A stretch of 64,000 nt of DNA, taken from Thermoguttaceae bacterium (GTDB lineage: Bacteria > Planctomycetota > Planctomycetia > Pirellulales > Thermoguttaceae). Of this stretch, positions 9,483 to 18,333 are shown one piece after another; within the stretch, counting starts at the first letter, position 1, and every line of letters starts with the position of its first letter. Both the position numbers and the translations under genes were made by a program. The notes beneath the pieces are model-generated. The model saw only the letters and a list, made by a program, of their open reading frames with translations, ran no database searches and had not been told where the DNA came from. The stretch is from the NCBI GenBank assembly GCA_017405595.1, contig JAFRAC010000005.1, positions 46,131 through 110,130 on the forward strand. Direction: 5' to 3'.

Positions 9483-10901
9483 ATGGTTATGCCGAAAAAG
9501 GTTTCGATGATCTCGCTGGGCTGCCCGAAAAATCTGGTCGATAGCGAGTCGATCCTCGGCCGGTTTATCGAGGCCGGGTGGCGGTTCACGCCGGAAATCG
9601 AGGGTGCGGACCTCGTTATTCTGAATACGTGCGGCTTTATCGCTTCGGCCCGGGACGAGGCGGTCGAAACGCTGAAACAGCTCCTCGATCTCAAACGCCG
9701 TAAAAAAGTGAAAGCCGTGGCGGTTTGCGGGTGCCTGATCCGCGCGATGGGGAGCCGGCTTGCCGATGAGTTTCCCGAAGTCGACGGCTGGTTCGGTCCT
9801 TTCGACGAAGAGAAAGTGACCGGCTTTTTCCCGCTCAGTATGCCCGGTTCTCCGAAAAGAGGCGCTAAGCACGCCCGCGGGGCGAAAGTGGGCGCTGCCG
9901 CAGTTCCGTTTAACGATACGGTCGAACGGCACTACTCTTTTTCGGACGGGAACCGCCTTCTGCTCACCCTGCCGCATACCGCGTATATCAAGATTGCCGA
10001 AGGGTGCGACCGGTTCTGCTCGTACTGCGCTATTCCCGCGATTCGGGGACGGTTTACCAGTAAACCGCTCGATGCGGTTCTGGACGAAGCGAAAATCCTT
10101 GCCGAGTCGGGGGTGAAAGAGCTTATCCTGATTGCTCAAGAGACAACCTTCTGGGGGAGCGACCTCTACGGGGAACCGCGGCTTGCCGAACTTTTGACGA
10201 AACTTCAGAATCTCGGTGCGTTTCCGTGGATTCGGGTTTTGTATACCTATCCCCTCTTCTTCGGTAACGACCTGATTGCGCTTTTCGGGTCGGGGAACCC
10301 CGAAAAGGGAGAGTCGGTGATTCTGCCGTATATCGATATTCCTTTGCAGCATTGCAACGACGCGATTCTCAAACAGATGAACCGGCGTGTCGGCAAGAGT
10401 GAGACCGAAGAGCTTTTGGCGCGGCTGCGCGAGGAGGTTCCGAGTTTAACGCTCCGTACCACGTTTATTACCGGGTTTCCCGGCGAGACCGACGAGGCGT
10501 TTGAAGAACTGGTCGGTTTTGCTGAAAAGTGGCGTTTCGAGCGGGCCGGCGTGTTCGCCTATTCCGCCGAAGAGGGGACCCGCGCGGCTCTGATGCCGGA
10601 CCAGGTGCCCGAGGAAGTCAAAGAGGCGCGCCGGGCGCGCCTTTATGAAACACTGACCGGGATTGCGCGGGAGGAGGCGCGCCGGAAGGTCGGGAATGTG
10701 TATGACGTGATTGTTGATACGCCGGTCATCAACAGCGACGGCACGGAAGCGGAAAATTTCTTTATCGGAAGAACCGGCGCCGATGCGCCCGATATTGACC
10801 CGGTGGTTTATCTGACCGGAACCGGTCTTTCGCCCGGCGAATTCTGCCGGGCCGAAATTGTGGAAACTGAGGATCAGGATTTAATAGCGGCGGTACTATG
10901 A
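9483..10901 (+). CDS. rimO: Ribosomal protein S12 (D88) methylthiotransferase RimO
   Basis: The N-terminal VSMISLGCPKNLVDSE motif is the UPF0004/MTTase domain. Radical-SAM motif CDRFCSYC, plus a C-terminal TRAM-like domain. Start is ambiguous (ATG 9468, 9483 or 9489; GGAGA at 9476-9480); the track ORF starts at 9414. Confidence 0.9.
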   Translation: MVMPKKVSMISLGCPKNLVDSESILGRFIEAGWRFTPEIEGADLVILNTCGFIASARDEAVETLKQLLDLKRRKKVKAVAVCGCLIRAMGSRLADEFPEVDGWFGPFDEEKVTGFFPLSMPGSPKRGAKHARGAKVGAAAVPFNDTVERHYSFSDGNRLLLTLPHTAYIKIAEGCDRFCSYCAIPAIRGRFTSKPLDAVLDEAKILAESGVKELILIAQETTFWGSDLYGEPRLAELLTKLQNLGAFPWIRVLYTYPLFFGNDLIALFGSGNPEKGESVILPYIDIPLQHCNDAILKQMNRRVGKSETEELLARLREEVPSLTLRTTFITGFPGETDEAFEELVGFAEKWRFERAGVFAYSAEEGTRAALMPDQVPEEVKEARRARLYETLTGIAREEARRKVGNVYDVIVDTPVINSDGTEAENFFIGRTGADAPDIDPVVYLTGTGLSPGEFCRAEIVETEDQDLIAAVL

Positions 10902-11800
10902 AAATTGATTCGCTTCGAGTTTTTTGTGATGTGGCGCTCCATCAGTCGTTTTCGCGGGGTGCGGAACTGAACCAGATCAGCCAGTCGGCCGCAACGCAGA
11001 CGATCCAGCGGCTTGAAGAGAAGGTCGGCGTTCCCCTCATCGACCGGGCGAAACGGCCGTTCTGCCTGACGCCTGAAGGGAAGATCTGTTACGAGACGTT
11101 CCGCCAAGTTGTGGAGTCGTATGATTCGGTTGTTCACCGTGTACGCGCAATGCGGCATCGCGATGAGGAGCAGATCAAAGTCGCGGCCATCTACTCGGTC
11201 GGACTGAATGAAATGAGCCGGTTTATGAAACGGTTCATGCTGAAGTATCCGAAGGTGAAGGTGAAGCTCGATTATATGCCCCCGCAAAAAGTGCAGCAGT
11301 CGGTTCTCGATTCGGAAGTCGATATGGGGATTATCTCGTATCCGATCGCGTCGCTCGATATCGACGTGATTCCGCTCCGTGCCGAAGAGATGTCGGTAAT
11401 CCTGCCGGTTGGCCATCCCCTCTCGAAACGGACCGCGCTCCGGATGGAAGATCTGCAGGGATCCGATTTTGTCGCGTTCGGCCGTGAACTGGTGATCCGG
11501 CGCGAAACCGACCACTGTCTGCGTACCCGCCAGGTGCGTGTGAATATTGTTACCGAGTTCGATAATATTCAGACGATTAAGGAAGCGGTCGAAATCGGGA
11601 TGGGAATCAGCATTGTTCCGTATCCGACCGTTCGCCTGGATGCCGAAAATGGGAAAATCGCGGCGGTTCCCTTAATCTCGCCCCGTATGACCCGTCCGAT
11701 CGGGATTATTTACCGGCATCATAAGGTGCTTTCCGAAACCGCGATCAATTTTATCGAGATGCTGACCGGAGCGCCGTTCCAGGTTCCGGAGCCGCGGTAG
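10898..11800 (+). CDS. LysR-family transcriptional regulator
   Basis: N-terminal winged-HTH (LRVFCDVALHQSFSRGAELNQISQSAATQTIQRLEEKVG) and about 300 aa with a LysR substrate-binding-type C-terminal half. The ATG overlaps the rimO stop as ATGA (10898-10901). Confidence 0.85.
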   Translation: MKIDSLRVFCDVALHQSFSRGAELNQISQSAATQTIQRLEEKVGVPLIDRAKRPFCLTPEGKICYETFRQVVESYDSVVHRVRAMRHRDEEQIKVAAIYSVGLNEMSRFMKRFMLKYPKVKVKLDYMPPQKVQQSVLDSEVDMGIISYPIASLDIDVIPLRAEEMSVILPVGHPLSKRTALRMEDLQGSDFVAFGRELVIRRETDHCLRTRQVRVNIVTEFDNIQTIKEAVEIGMGISIVPYPTVRLDAENGKIAAVPLISPRMTRPIGIIYRHHKVLSETAINFIEMLTGAPFQVPEPR

Positions 11801-11816
11801 GGGGCGTGAGAGATCG

Positions 11817-12051
11817 CCCGGGAAGGCGCGCTGCTGTTCCCGAGGTAGGGGAGCTTTTCGGGGTTATCGAACCGAAAACCCCCACTTGTAGAGTGGGGGT
11901 TTAGTGAGGGTTAGTTTCAGCTTTCCGAAAGCGGCGGGGACTCCTCCCCCGTTTGTAGAACGGGGGGTTCCTTCGCCGCACCGCGTTGGAGAACTGAGGA
12001 GTAGCGGAGCTTGGGGATTGTCTGGGGCGGGAAGGCGCTTCGCTGTTCCCG
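11817..12051 (+). repeat. Composite hairpin-bearing intergenic element, copy C
   Basis: Opens and closes with GGGAAGGCGC(G/T)(C/T)TGCTGTTCCC-type hairpins (11819-11841; 12029-12050). Hairpin 1 is AAACCCCCAC-TTGTAGA-GTGGGGGTTT (11876-11902); hairpin 2 is CCCCCGTT-TGTAG-AACGGGGG (11946-11966). Conserved blocks are GGGGTTATCGAACCGAAA, TTTCAGCTTTCCG and GAGTAGCGGAGCTTGGGG. It lies between convergent gene ends. Confidence 0.75.
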
Positions 12052-12068
12052 CAAAGCTGGCGGGTGAA

Positions 12069-13421
12069 TTAGTAGACGTGGTTCCAGTGTTTCATCTGGC
12101 CGAGGGGCTTTTCGGGGGGGGCCGAAAGGCCGTCTTTTTCGTAGCCGGTTTTTTCGCGCCACGCGTCGAACTGATTGCCGGGGATCTCTTCGCCGAGCCA
12201 GCGGAAGAAGTTTCGCCCGCCGTCGTTAAAGTAGCGGTTTCCGTTGAGTGTAAGGCCGGCGGACGGCCAGTCGGGGTTCCCGGCGTTGTAGTCGAGCCGG
12301 ATCAGAGATTCGGTCGCGTCGCAGAACGTGTTATTTTGGACAACGAAGTTCTTGGTGGCGGCGAGGTTGCTGTACATCATGATACAGCGGCCGTTCGGGT
12401 CGGGACGCTGAATGTGGCCCCAGCCGAACCCGGCGCTGTAGCAGAGGTTGTTCTCGAAAAGAATGTTTTCGGTCTTTGAGCCTTCGCCGTTCCAGTATTC
12501 AAACGAGTATTCGGCGTTCCAGATCAGGTTGCCGCGGTAAGTGATGTTCGACTGAATGTTCCCGCCGACCCCCTGGTTGGTGAGCGCCGCATCGTAGATT
12601 TCCCAGAGCTTGTTGTTTTCGACGAGGCAGTCGTCGGCGGTTCCCCAGAATTCAATTCCGTTTCCGAAACGTACCCGGCGCCCTTTGCCACCCTCGCGTT
12701 CCTGGTCGGCTCCGCCGATCCAGGAGATATCACAGTTCCGTATAACAAAATGAGCGACTTCGCCGCCGCCGAATCCATGCGAACCGCCGTAACGGATATC
12801 GAATCCGTCGAAGATTACGTAACGGGCATCGGTGTGGCTGATCATGTGTTTTCCGATGGCCGCCTCGACATCAATGTATTTCTTGCCGGGGTTTTCTTCG
12901 GAGTAGTAGTAGATATGCTTGTCGCCGGTAATGTCGTACCAGAAATCGTCCTGCGACTTGAGGTCTTCTTTCGACCACTTTTTAAAGGCGGCGCGATGAC
13001 CGTTCAGGATGATGTTGCCGATATCCCATTTGCCGAACGCCGGAATCACCGCGTCGTAGCAGACCCAGAGGTTTTCGCCCGCCGGAAGCCAGTTGTACTC
13101 GTTATTGAGGGGAAGCGAGCCGAGAATGACCGGTTTGGCCCCTTTGCCGTAAGGCCCGTAGTAGAGAGGCGCCTCCTGGGTGCCGGACTGAAGCTGTAAG
13201 GTTCCGCGCCAGGTACAGCCGCGGGCAAAGAGGACGCGGTCGCCGGGAGCGAACTCGAAAGAGTCGACTTTGGCCAATGACGACCAGGGCGTCTCGGGGG
13301 AAAGACCGTCGTTGCTGTCGCTGCCGTCGTTGCAGTTGACGTAATAGTCGGCCGCCGAAAGGGTGCGAACCGTTAAGAGGACGGCAAACAGGAGAATACT
13401 CGCCAAACTGATCTTTTTCAT
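12069..13421 (-). CDS. Secreted right-handed parallel beta-helix protein (putative polysaccharide-active enzyme)
   Basis: Signal peptide MKKISLASILLFAVLLTVRTLSA. N-terminal YYVNCNDGSDSNDGLSPETPWSSL motif. Repeated beta-helix turns (RNCDISW, ENNKLWE, FENNLCY, VQNNTFCD). Confidence 0.7.
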   Translation of the reverse strand: MKKISLASILLFAVLLTVRTLSAADYYVNCNDGSDSNDGLSPETPWSSLAKVDSFEFAPGDRVLFARGCTWRGTLQLQSGTQEAPLYYGPYGKGAKPVILGSLPLNNEYNWLPAGENLWVCYDAVIPAFGKWDIGNIILNGHRAAFKKWSKEDLKSQDDFWYDITGDKHIYYYSEENPGKKYIDVEAAIGKHMISHTDARYVIFDGFDIRYGGSHGFGGGEVAHFVIRNCDISWIGGADQEREGGKGRRVRFGNGIEFWGTADDCLVENNKLWEIYDAALTNQGVGGNIQSNITYRGNLIWNAEYSFEYWNGEGSKTENILFENNLCYSAGFGWGHIQRPDPNGRCIMMYSNLAATKNFVVQNNTFCDATESLIRLDYNAGNPDWPSAGLTLNGNRYFNDGGRNFFRWLGEEIPGNQFDAWREKTGYEKDGLSAPPEKPLGQMKHWNHVY

Positions 13422-13517
13422 AGGAACCTTTCTTCGGCGCTGCGATCGGGGAAACGCCTTGAGTTGAAACGGGCTGGAACCGGTTGATTGCGAAGCCGTA
13501 CGGCTTTCCCGGTAATT

Positions 13518-14939
13518 TTACCCGGAACGGACTTCCCGTTCAAGTTCCGGCGAAAAAAGGAGTACCCGCAGATCACAGACGTTGGTGCCGGTCGCTCCTG
13601 AACGGAGAAGCCCTCCGTTTTCGGCGAAAAAGGTGTAGGAATCGTTTCGGCCGGCAGCACCTTGGGCTGCGGCAAGTCCGCCGGCGCCCAGTTGCGCAAA
13701 ACGGGCGAGAAAGGTGTCGTCGAAAAACGCGCCCGCCGCGTCGGTCGGGCCGTCTTCGCCGTCGGTCCCTCCGGAAAGAAGAGCGAAACGGGAAGGGAAC
13801 CGTTCCGGGTTCCTGAGCGCTTCGATGAGCGCCAGCAGAACCAGCTGGGTGTTTCTTCCCCCCTTTCCCCGGATTGCGGGCGGGGCAAGGGTGACGGTCG
13901 GTTCTCCCCCGCTGATCAGTGCGGCCGGGCCGGGCCGGGGGAGTTTCATTCGCTGCTGCATTTCGGAAATGAGGGAGCCGGCGACAAGGGCGACGTCGGG
14001 CTCGCTTTGGGGCGCGGATTCTCCGAAAGCGCAGAACCCGAGCTGTTTGGCTTTTCGGACCGCGGCGTCGACGGCGGTACGGTTATTGGCGATGATCAGA
14101 TTGCGGTGATTTTCGTATCCGGTTTCGGAATCCGGTTCCGAAGAGGAGGCGCGGGCGCGCTTTTCGAGCGCGGCGCAAACGTTTTTGAGCCCGGCGTGCC
14201 TGTCGAGACCGAATTGTTTCAGAACCGCCAGCGCATCGGCGGCCGTTGTGGTGTTGGGAACCGTCGCGCCGCTGGCGATGACGTCGAGGGGGTCGCCCAG
14301 GACGTCGGAAAGGATCAGCGCCGCGAGCCGTTTGCCGCGGGCCAGCCGGCGCAATCCGCCCCCCTTGATTCGGCTCAGCTGTTTGCGGACGGTGTTCAGC
14401 TCTTCAATGTTGGCGCCGGCGCCGGAAAGAAGGCGTGTGACAAGAACCTTTTCGGCCAGTGTGATTTCCGGAACCGGCAGGGGGGCGAGCGCCGACCCGC
14501 CGCCGGAAATGAGCGCGAGGATCAGATCATCGGCGGAAGCCTCTTTGATGAGGGCCTCGATTCGAAGTGACCCGGCGACCCCTTCTTCGGTCGGTTCGTT
14601 CAGACCGGCCGGCCGGCCGGCGTGGGGATGAACCGCGTTCAAGGGAATGACCGCATCGGCGGGGACGTTGACCCAGCCGGTGAGACGCCCCGCTTTGACG
14701 AGAGGCTCAAGAACTTCCTCGGTTCCCGCCGCCATCGCGCAGGACGCCTTTCCCATTCCGACGACAATGACCTTGCCCGAGGGGGGAAGGGAAAATTTCT
14801 CGTTTTGAACGGTGACGGCTGCCGCGCCGTTCGGGTCGCCTTCGAAGGAGAGGGTCTGCCGAATGAGTCTGCCGGGAAGGACCGCTTCGACTCCCGCACG
14901 CCAAATCGCCTGAACCGAATCGCGGAAAGATGGGGGCAT
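13518..14939 (-). CDS. Glycerate 2-kinase / hydroxypyruvate-reductase-like protein (DUF4147 + MOFRL domains)
   Basis: Motifs GMGKASCAMA, ISGGGSAL, ISGGEPTVTL and SGGTDGEDGPTDAAGA are characteristic of MOFRL-family glycerate kinases. The start is taken at MPPSFRD (ATG 14939-14937); the track ORF extends to 15143 through a low-complexity stretch. Confidence 0.8.
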   Translation of the reverse strand: MPPSFRDSVQAIWRAGVEAVLPGRLIRQTLSFEGDPNGAAAVTVQNEKFSLPPSGKVIVVGMGKASCAMAAGTEEVLEPLVKAGRLTGWVNVPADAVIPLNAVHPHAGRPAGLNEPTEEGVAGSLRIEALIKEASADDLILALISGGGSALAPLPVPEITLAEKVLVTRLLSGAGANIEELNTVRKQLSRIKGGGLRRLARGKRLAALILSDVLGDPLDVIASGATVPNTTTAADALAVLKQFGLDRHAGLKNVCAALEKRARASSSEPDSETGYENHRNLIIANNRTAVDAAVRKAKQLGFCAFGESAPQSEPDVALVAGSLISEMQQRMKLPRPGPAALISGGEPTVTLAPPAIRGKGGRNTQLVLLALIEALRNPERFPSRFALLSGGTDGEDGPTDAAGAFFDDTFLARFAQLGAGGLAAAQGAAGRNDSYTFFAENGGLLRSGATGTNVCDLRVLLFSPELEREVRSG

Positions 14940-15086
14940 TGTCGGAACTCCATTTAGGGATTTTCGCAAGGGTGCCGGAACGCCCGGCGGAACAGGGGGG
15001 TGCCGATCCCCGATTCCCATTATCGGCGCTCCTGGTCCGGCGTCAAGTTGGTTCCGGCGATTCGGTGCGGCCCGCCGGCAGGCGGT

Positions 15087-15115
15087 TTGCCTGTTCGGGG
15101 AAAAGGAGGTATAAT
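15087..15115 (+). promoter_or_regulatory. Sigma-70-like promoter candidate for the TIGR03905-type gene
   Basis: TTGCCT (15087-15092), a 17-nt spacer, then consensus TATAAT (15110-15115), about 55 nt upstream of the ATG at 15169. Confidence 0.4.
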
Positions 15116-15168
15116 CGGCAGAGCGGAATTTGAGAAGATTCACCGCGTTTTAAGAAAGGCAGAAAACG

Positions 15169-15432
15169 ATGGATTTCTCTTATAAGACACAGGGAACCTG
15201 CGCTCAGCAGATCAACTTTGACCTGAACGGCAATGTTGTGACGAACATCCGCTTCTTCGGCGGGTGCAACGGAAACCTGAAAGCGATTTCGAAACTTCTC
15301 GAAGGCGCGACGGTCGAGGAGATCGAACGCAAACTTCTCGGAAACACGTGCGGGCCGCGCCCCACCTCCTGTGCCGACCAGCTCGCCCGCGCTGTACGCG
15401 TTGCGTATGACAAACAGCAGCAGGGTTTCTGA
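15169..15432 (+). CDS. TIGR03905-family four-cysteine (TSCPD-like) small protein
   Basis: 87 aa. The opening MDFSYKTQGTCAQ.I.F.L.G..V....F.GGCNGNLKAIS..LEG pattern and four conserved Cys (GTC, GGC, NTC, TSC) are typical of this family. Confidence 0.75.
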   Translation: MDFSYKTQGTCAQQINFDLNGNVVTNIRFFGGCNGNLKAISKLLEGATVEEIERKLLGNTCGPRPTSCADQLARAVRVAYDKQQQGF

Positions 15433-15492
15433 ACACGATTTGAAACAGATTGATCAAAATTGTATTGCATCAACAGAAAGGATCGCTTTGCA

Positions 15493-16878
15493 ATGACGGC
15501 TATTTCCCGGCGTGAATTTTTGAAGGTTTCGGCCGCTTCGGCTTCGGCGGCGATGGTGCCCGCGTTTGCCGGCAGCGCCCGCGCGGCCGCCCCGGAGCCC
15601 GCGAAGAAAAGATGGTATAAGGGGGATCTCCACCAGCACAGCCAGTGGTCCGACGGCATTTATTTCCCCGAACGGATGGCGGACTTCTACCGGCAAAACG
15701 GATATCACTTTATCTGTCCGTCCGACCACAACTTCTTTCAGAGCGACGAATTCCGGTATCAGCGCGACTGGAGTATTCCGCATACGCCGGAAATTCATGA
15801 TCAGGACGGGTTCCGGCGCGCCTTTGAAGGGGCGACCTCTTACTGGAAACCCCTCCGCCGCGAAAACGCCTGGGCAGGGCTGACCCAGGAGATGGTGGAC
15901 GAGCACAAAAGTATCTACGGCGACGATTCCGTCGAAACCCGCTCGTTCGAAGAGACCACGTATGTCCGGCTGAAAACATTTCGGGAACTCGAAGCCGAAA
16001 AAAACGATCCGGGAAAGTTCCTGATGATTCCGGGATTCGAACAGACAACGATGCCGGGCGAACAGGGGTATCACGTTCACCTGAATTTCATCAACGTCCG
16101 CGAAGCGTTTCCGACCATCGATCCCAAGGATCCGTTCGGCATTTTGGAGCAGAACTACAATAAAGGGAAAGAAGTCTATGACGGGCAGGATTACCTTGTG
16201 ACCGCCAACCACCCGCTCTGGCCCTATTACGATTTCCAGCCGAGCGACCTGATCCGGCTTCCCCAATTCACTCTTTATGAACTGACCAACAACGCTTTTA
16301 CGCCGAGCGATTCGACCCGTGTTGAAAAGGCGTGGCTTCCTGAACAGATGTGGGATATCGTCAACGCTTACCGTGTTACGCACGACCAGCCGCTTCTTTA
16401 CGGGATGGGGTCCGACGATTTCCACGAGATGGACCAGTGGGGCGTCGGCTGGAGCGTGGTCCGTGCCGAAAGACTTGAAATTCCCGATATCCTTGCCGCG
16501 ATCCGTGCCGGCGATTTCTACGCCTCGCACGGGCTGGCGTTCGACGATATTCAGTTTGACGGCAAAACGCTCGAGGTCAAGATCGACGTTCAGGAAGAGG
16601 GGGAATACATCATCGATTTCATCGGCACCAAGAAAGACTACAATCCCGACTGTGAATATGCCGAGATGCCCTACGAAAAGGGGAAATCGCTCCCGCGAAA
16701 GCTGGAATGCTACTCGAAGGAGATCGGAAAGGTTCTCGAAACGGTTGAGGGAACCGAAGGAAGCTATACGTTAAAGCCGGACGATCTTTACGTCCGCGCA
16801 AAGATTTACAAAAAGGGCGCGGTCAAAAAAGATTGGGAAACCGAAGGCGCGGCGTGGAGCCAGCCGTACCGAGGCTGA
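15493..16878 (+). CDS. Tat-exported PHP-domain (CehA/McbA-like) metallohydrolase
   Basis: Twin-arginine leader MTAISRREFLKVSAASASAAMVPAFAGSARA, followed by the PHP-type metal motif GDLHQHSQWSDG. Start taken at ATG 15493; the track ORF begins at 15460. Confidence 0.65.
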   Translation: MTAISRREFLKVSAASASAAMVPAFAGSARAAAPEPAKKRWYKGDLHQHSQWSDGIYFPERMADFYRQNGYHFICPSDHNFFQSDEFRYQRDWSIPHTPEIHDQDGFRRAFEGATSYWKPLRRENAWAGLTQEMVDEHKSIYGDDSVETRSFEETTYVRLKTFRELEAEKNDPGKFLMIPGFEQTTMPGEQGYHVHLNFINVREAFPTIDPKDPFGILEQNYNKGKEVYDGQDYLVTANHPLWPYYDFQPSDLIRLPQFTLYELTNNAFTPSDSTRVEKAWLPEQMWDIVNAYRVTHDQPLLYGMGSDDFHEMDQWGVGWSVVRAERLEIPDILAAIRAGDFYASHGLAFDDIQFDGKTLEVKIDVQEEGEYIIDFIGTKKDYNPDCEYAEMPYEKGKSLPRKLECYSKEIGKVLETVEGTEGSYTLKPDDLYVRAKIYKKGAVKKDWETEGAAWSQPYRG

Positions 16879-16909
16879 TTGCCCCTCTTTTTGGTCCCGG
16901 CCGCAAGCG

Positions 16910-16947
16910 AAAACCCCCGGAAAGCAAGACGCTTTCCGGGGGTTTTT
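16910..16947. terminator. Bidirectional rho-independent terminator shared by the PHP gene (+) and rnpB (-)
   Basis: Perfect 16-bp stem, AAAACCCCCGGAAAG (16910-16924) pairing with CTTTCCGGGGGTTTT (16932-16946). A/T runs flank both sides, so a U-tract follows the hairpin on either strand. Confidence 0.7.
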
Positions 16948-16950
16948 GAT

Positions 16951-17330
16951 GAAGAAGAGACGTAAGCCGGGTTCTGTCGGCGCCCGGGGGCGCCGTGATG
17001 GTCATTTATCTCGCCGGACGGTTGCCCGTCCGATCTAGCGGCCGACCCGGAAACAAAGGGGCGGAAGAAACCCCCGCTCGGCGAAGGAGCTGTTTCCTGC
17101 TTGGCCTTGCTTCGGATGGGGCTTGCCAGGCCGGACGGTTACCCGCCCGCCGGTGAGCTCTTACCTCGCCATTTCACCCTTACCGGACGCGAAGCGCCCG
17201 GCGGTATCTTTTCTGCTGCGCTTTCCCTGACCGCGAAGCGGCCGGCGGATGTTATCCGTCATCCTTCTTCCGCGAAGCCCGGACTTTCCTCGACGCGCTT
17301 TATCGCGCGGCGCGACCATCGGTCTCTTCT
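16951..17330 (-). ncRNA. rnpB: RNase P RNA, bacterial type A
   Basis: On the minus strand: the P4 5' strand GAGGAAAGTCCGGGC (17291-17277), GGTAAGGGTGAAA (17184-17172), GGTAAGAGCTCACC (about 17165-17152) and the P4 3' strand ACAGAACCCGGCTTA (16977-16963). P1 pairing joins GAAGAGAC (about 17328-17321) with GTCTCTTC (16961-16954). Length is about 380 nt. Confidence 0.93.
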
Positions 17331-18279
17331 ATGAGCGTATTGTATCGGCAAATATCCATGTTGACCAGAGGGATCTGATTTCGCGCAGATCGCTGTTCAT
17401 GGCTTCAATCAGTTCTTCTTTGCTGCTGAAGGGGACGATGTCGCGCAGGCGTGTGATAAAGTCGATCGAAAGGGAAGCGCCGTAAAGGTCGCCTGACCAG
17501 TCGAGAATATGCACTTCGGTCTTGAACTTCTCGATGCCGAATGTGGGGTTTCCCCCCAGGTTGACCGCGGCGGGGAAGAATTGGGCCCCGACCAAGGCGC
17601 GGGCCGCGTAGAGACCCGGTTTGGGGAGAATGGTTTTGATCTCCGAAAGGTTTGCGGTCGGGAACCCGAGTGTGCGCCCCCGGTGCTCGCCGTCGGCGAC
17701 AATGCCGGTGACACGGTAGGGACGCATGAGCATGTCGCGCGCCACACCGACTTCGCCGGCTTCCAGAAGGGCGCGGACGCGGCTGCTCGAGACGGGGGAA
17801 TCGAACTTGGTGACCGGAGGAAGGATGGTGAGGTCGATTCCGCTGTTTTGGCACCAGCTCTTTAAAAAGGAAGGGGTGCCGCTTCGGCCGGCGCCGAACG
17901 TAAAACTTTCCCCCTCGACCATTGCCGAAGCGCCGATCTTTTCCCGAACAACGGTTTGAAGAAACTCCTCGGCGGAACGTTCTAAAAAGGAACGGGAAAT
18001 GGGATAGATGATCAGCCGGTCGGGGGCGAACGCCGAAATGAGGTCGATCTTCTGTTCGAGCGTACAGAGGGGAAGAGGCGCTTTTTCCGGCGCGAGAATT
18101 TCGACCGGAGAGCGGTCGAAGGTGAAGACAACGGAGGGGACGCCGGACTGCCGCGCTTTTTTGGTTAAGGCCTGCAGGAGGGCAATGTGTCCGCGATGAA
18201 GGCCGTCGAATTTACCGATCGAAAGGACGCATCCCCGATTGAAGCGGGGGAGATGACCGGTGCCGCAGAGAATTTCCAC
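17329..18279 (-). CDS. ribF: Bifunctional riboflavin kinase / FMN adenylyltransferase
   Basis: GKFDGLHRGH nucleotidyltransferase motif, C-terminal riboflavin-kinase motif GRTLGFPTANL, 316 aa. Confidence 0.92.
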   Translation of the reverse strand: MEILCGTGHLPRFNRGCVLSIGKFDGLHRGHIALLQALTKKARQSGVPSVVFTFDRSPVEILAPEKAPLPLCTLEQKIDLISAFAPDRLIIYPISRSFLERSAEEFLQTVVREKIGASAMVEGESFTFGAGRSGTPSFLKSWCQNSGIDLTILPPVTKFDSPVSSSRVRALLEAGEVGVARDMLMRPYRVTGIVADGEHRGRTLGFPTANLSEIKTILPKPGLYAARALVGAQFFPAAVNLGGNPTFGIEKFKTEVHILDWSGDLYGASLSIDFITRLRDIVPFSSKEELIEAMNSDLREIRSLWSTWIFADTIRS

Positions 18280-18333
18280 GAGAACAGAATCCTTTCGTTT
18301 GTGTTCCCCGTCTTGGGGCGTGTGCGGGTGGCG

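Noticed and set aside
4868-12051. Possibility that the repeated hairpin elements are a CRISPR array or tRNA/tmRNA fragments
   Set aside because: The copies are kilobases apart and separated by genes. There is no regular repeat-spacer periodicity and there are no cas genes. No cloverleaf or T-arm/acceptor signature could be folded from them.
17101-17485. Small plus-strand ORFs (17101-17334, 17249-17485)
   Set aside because: The first lies over the RNase P RNA gene and the second mostly over the 3' end of ribF. Both are explained by rnpB and ribF on the minus strand.
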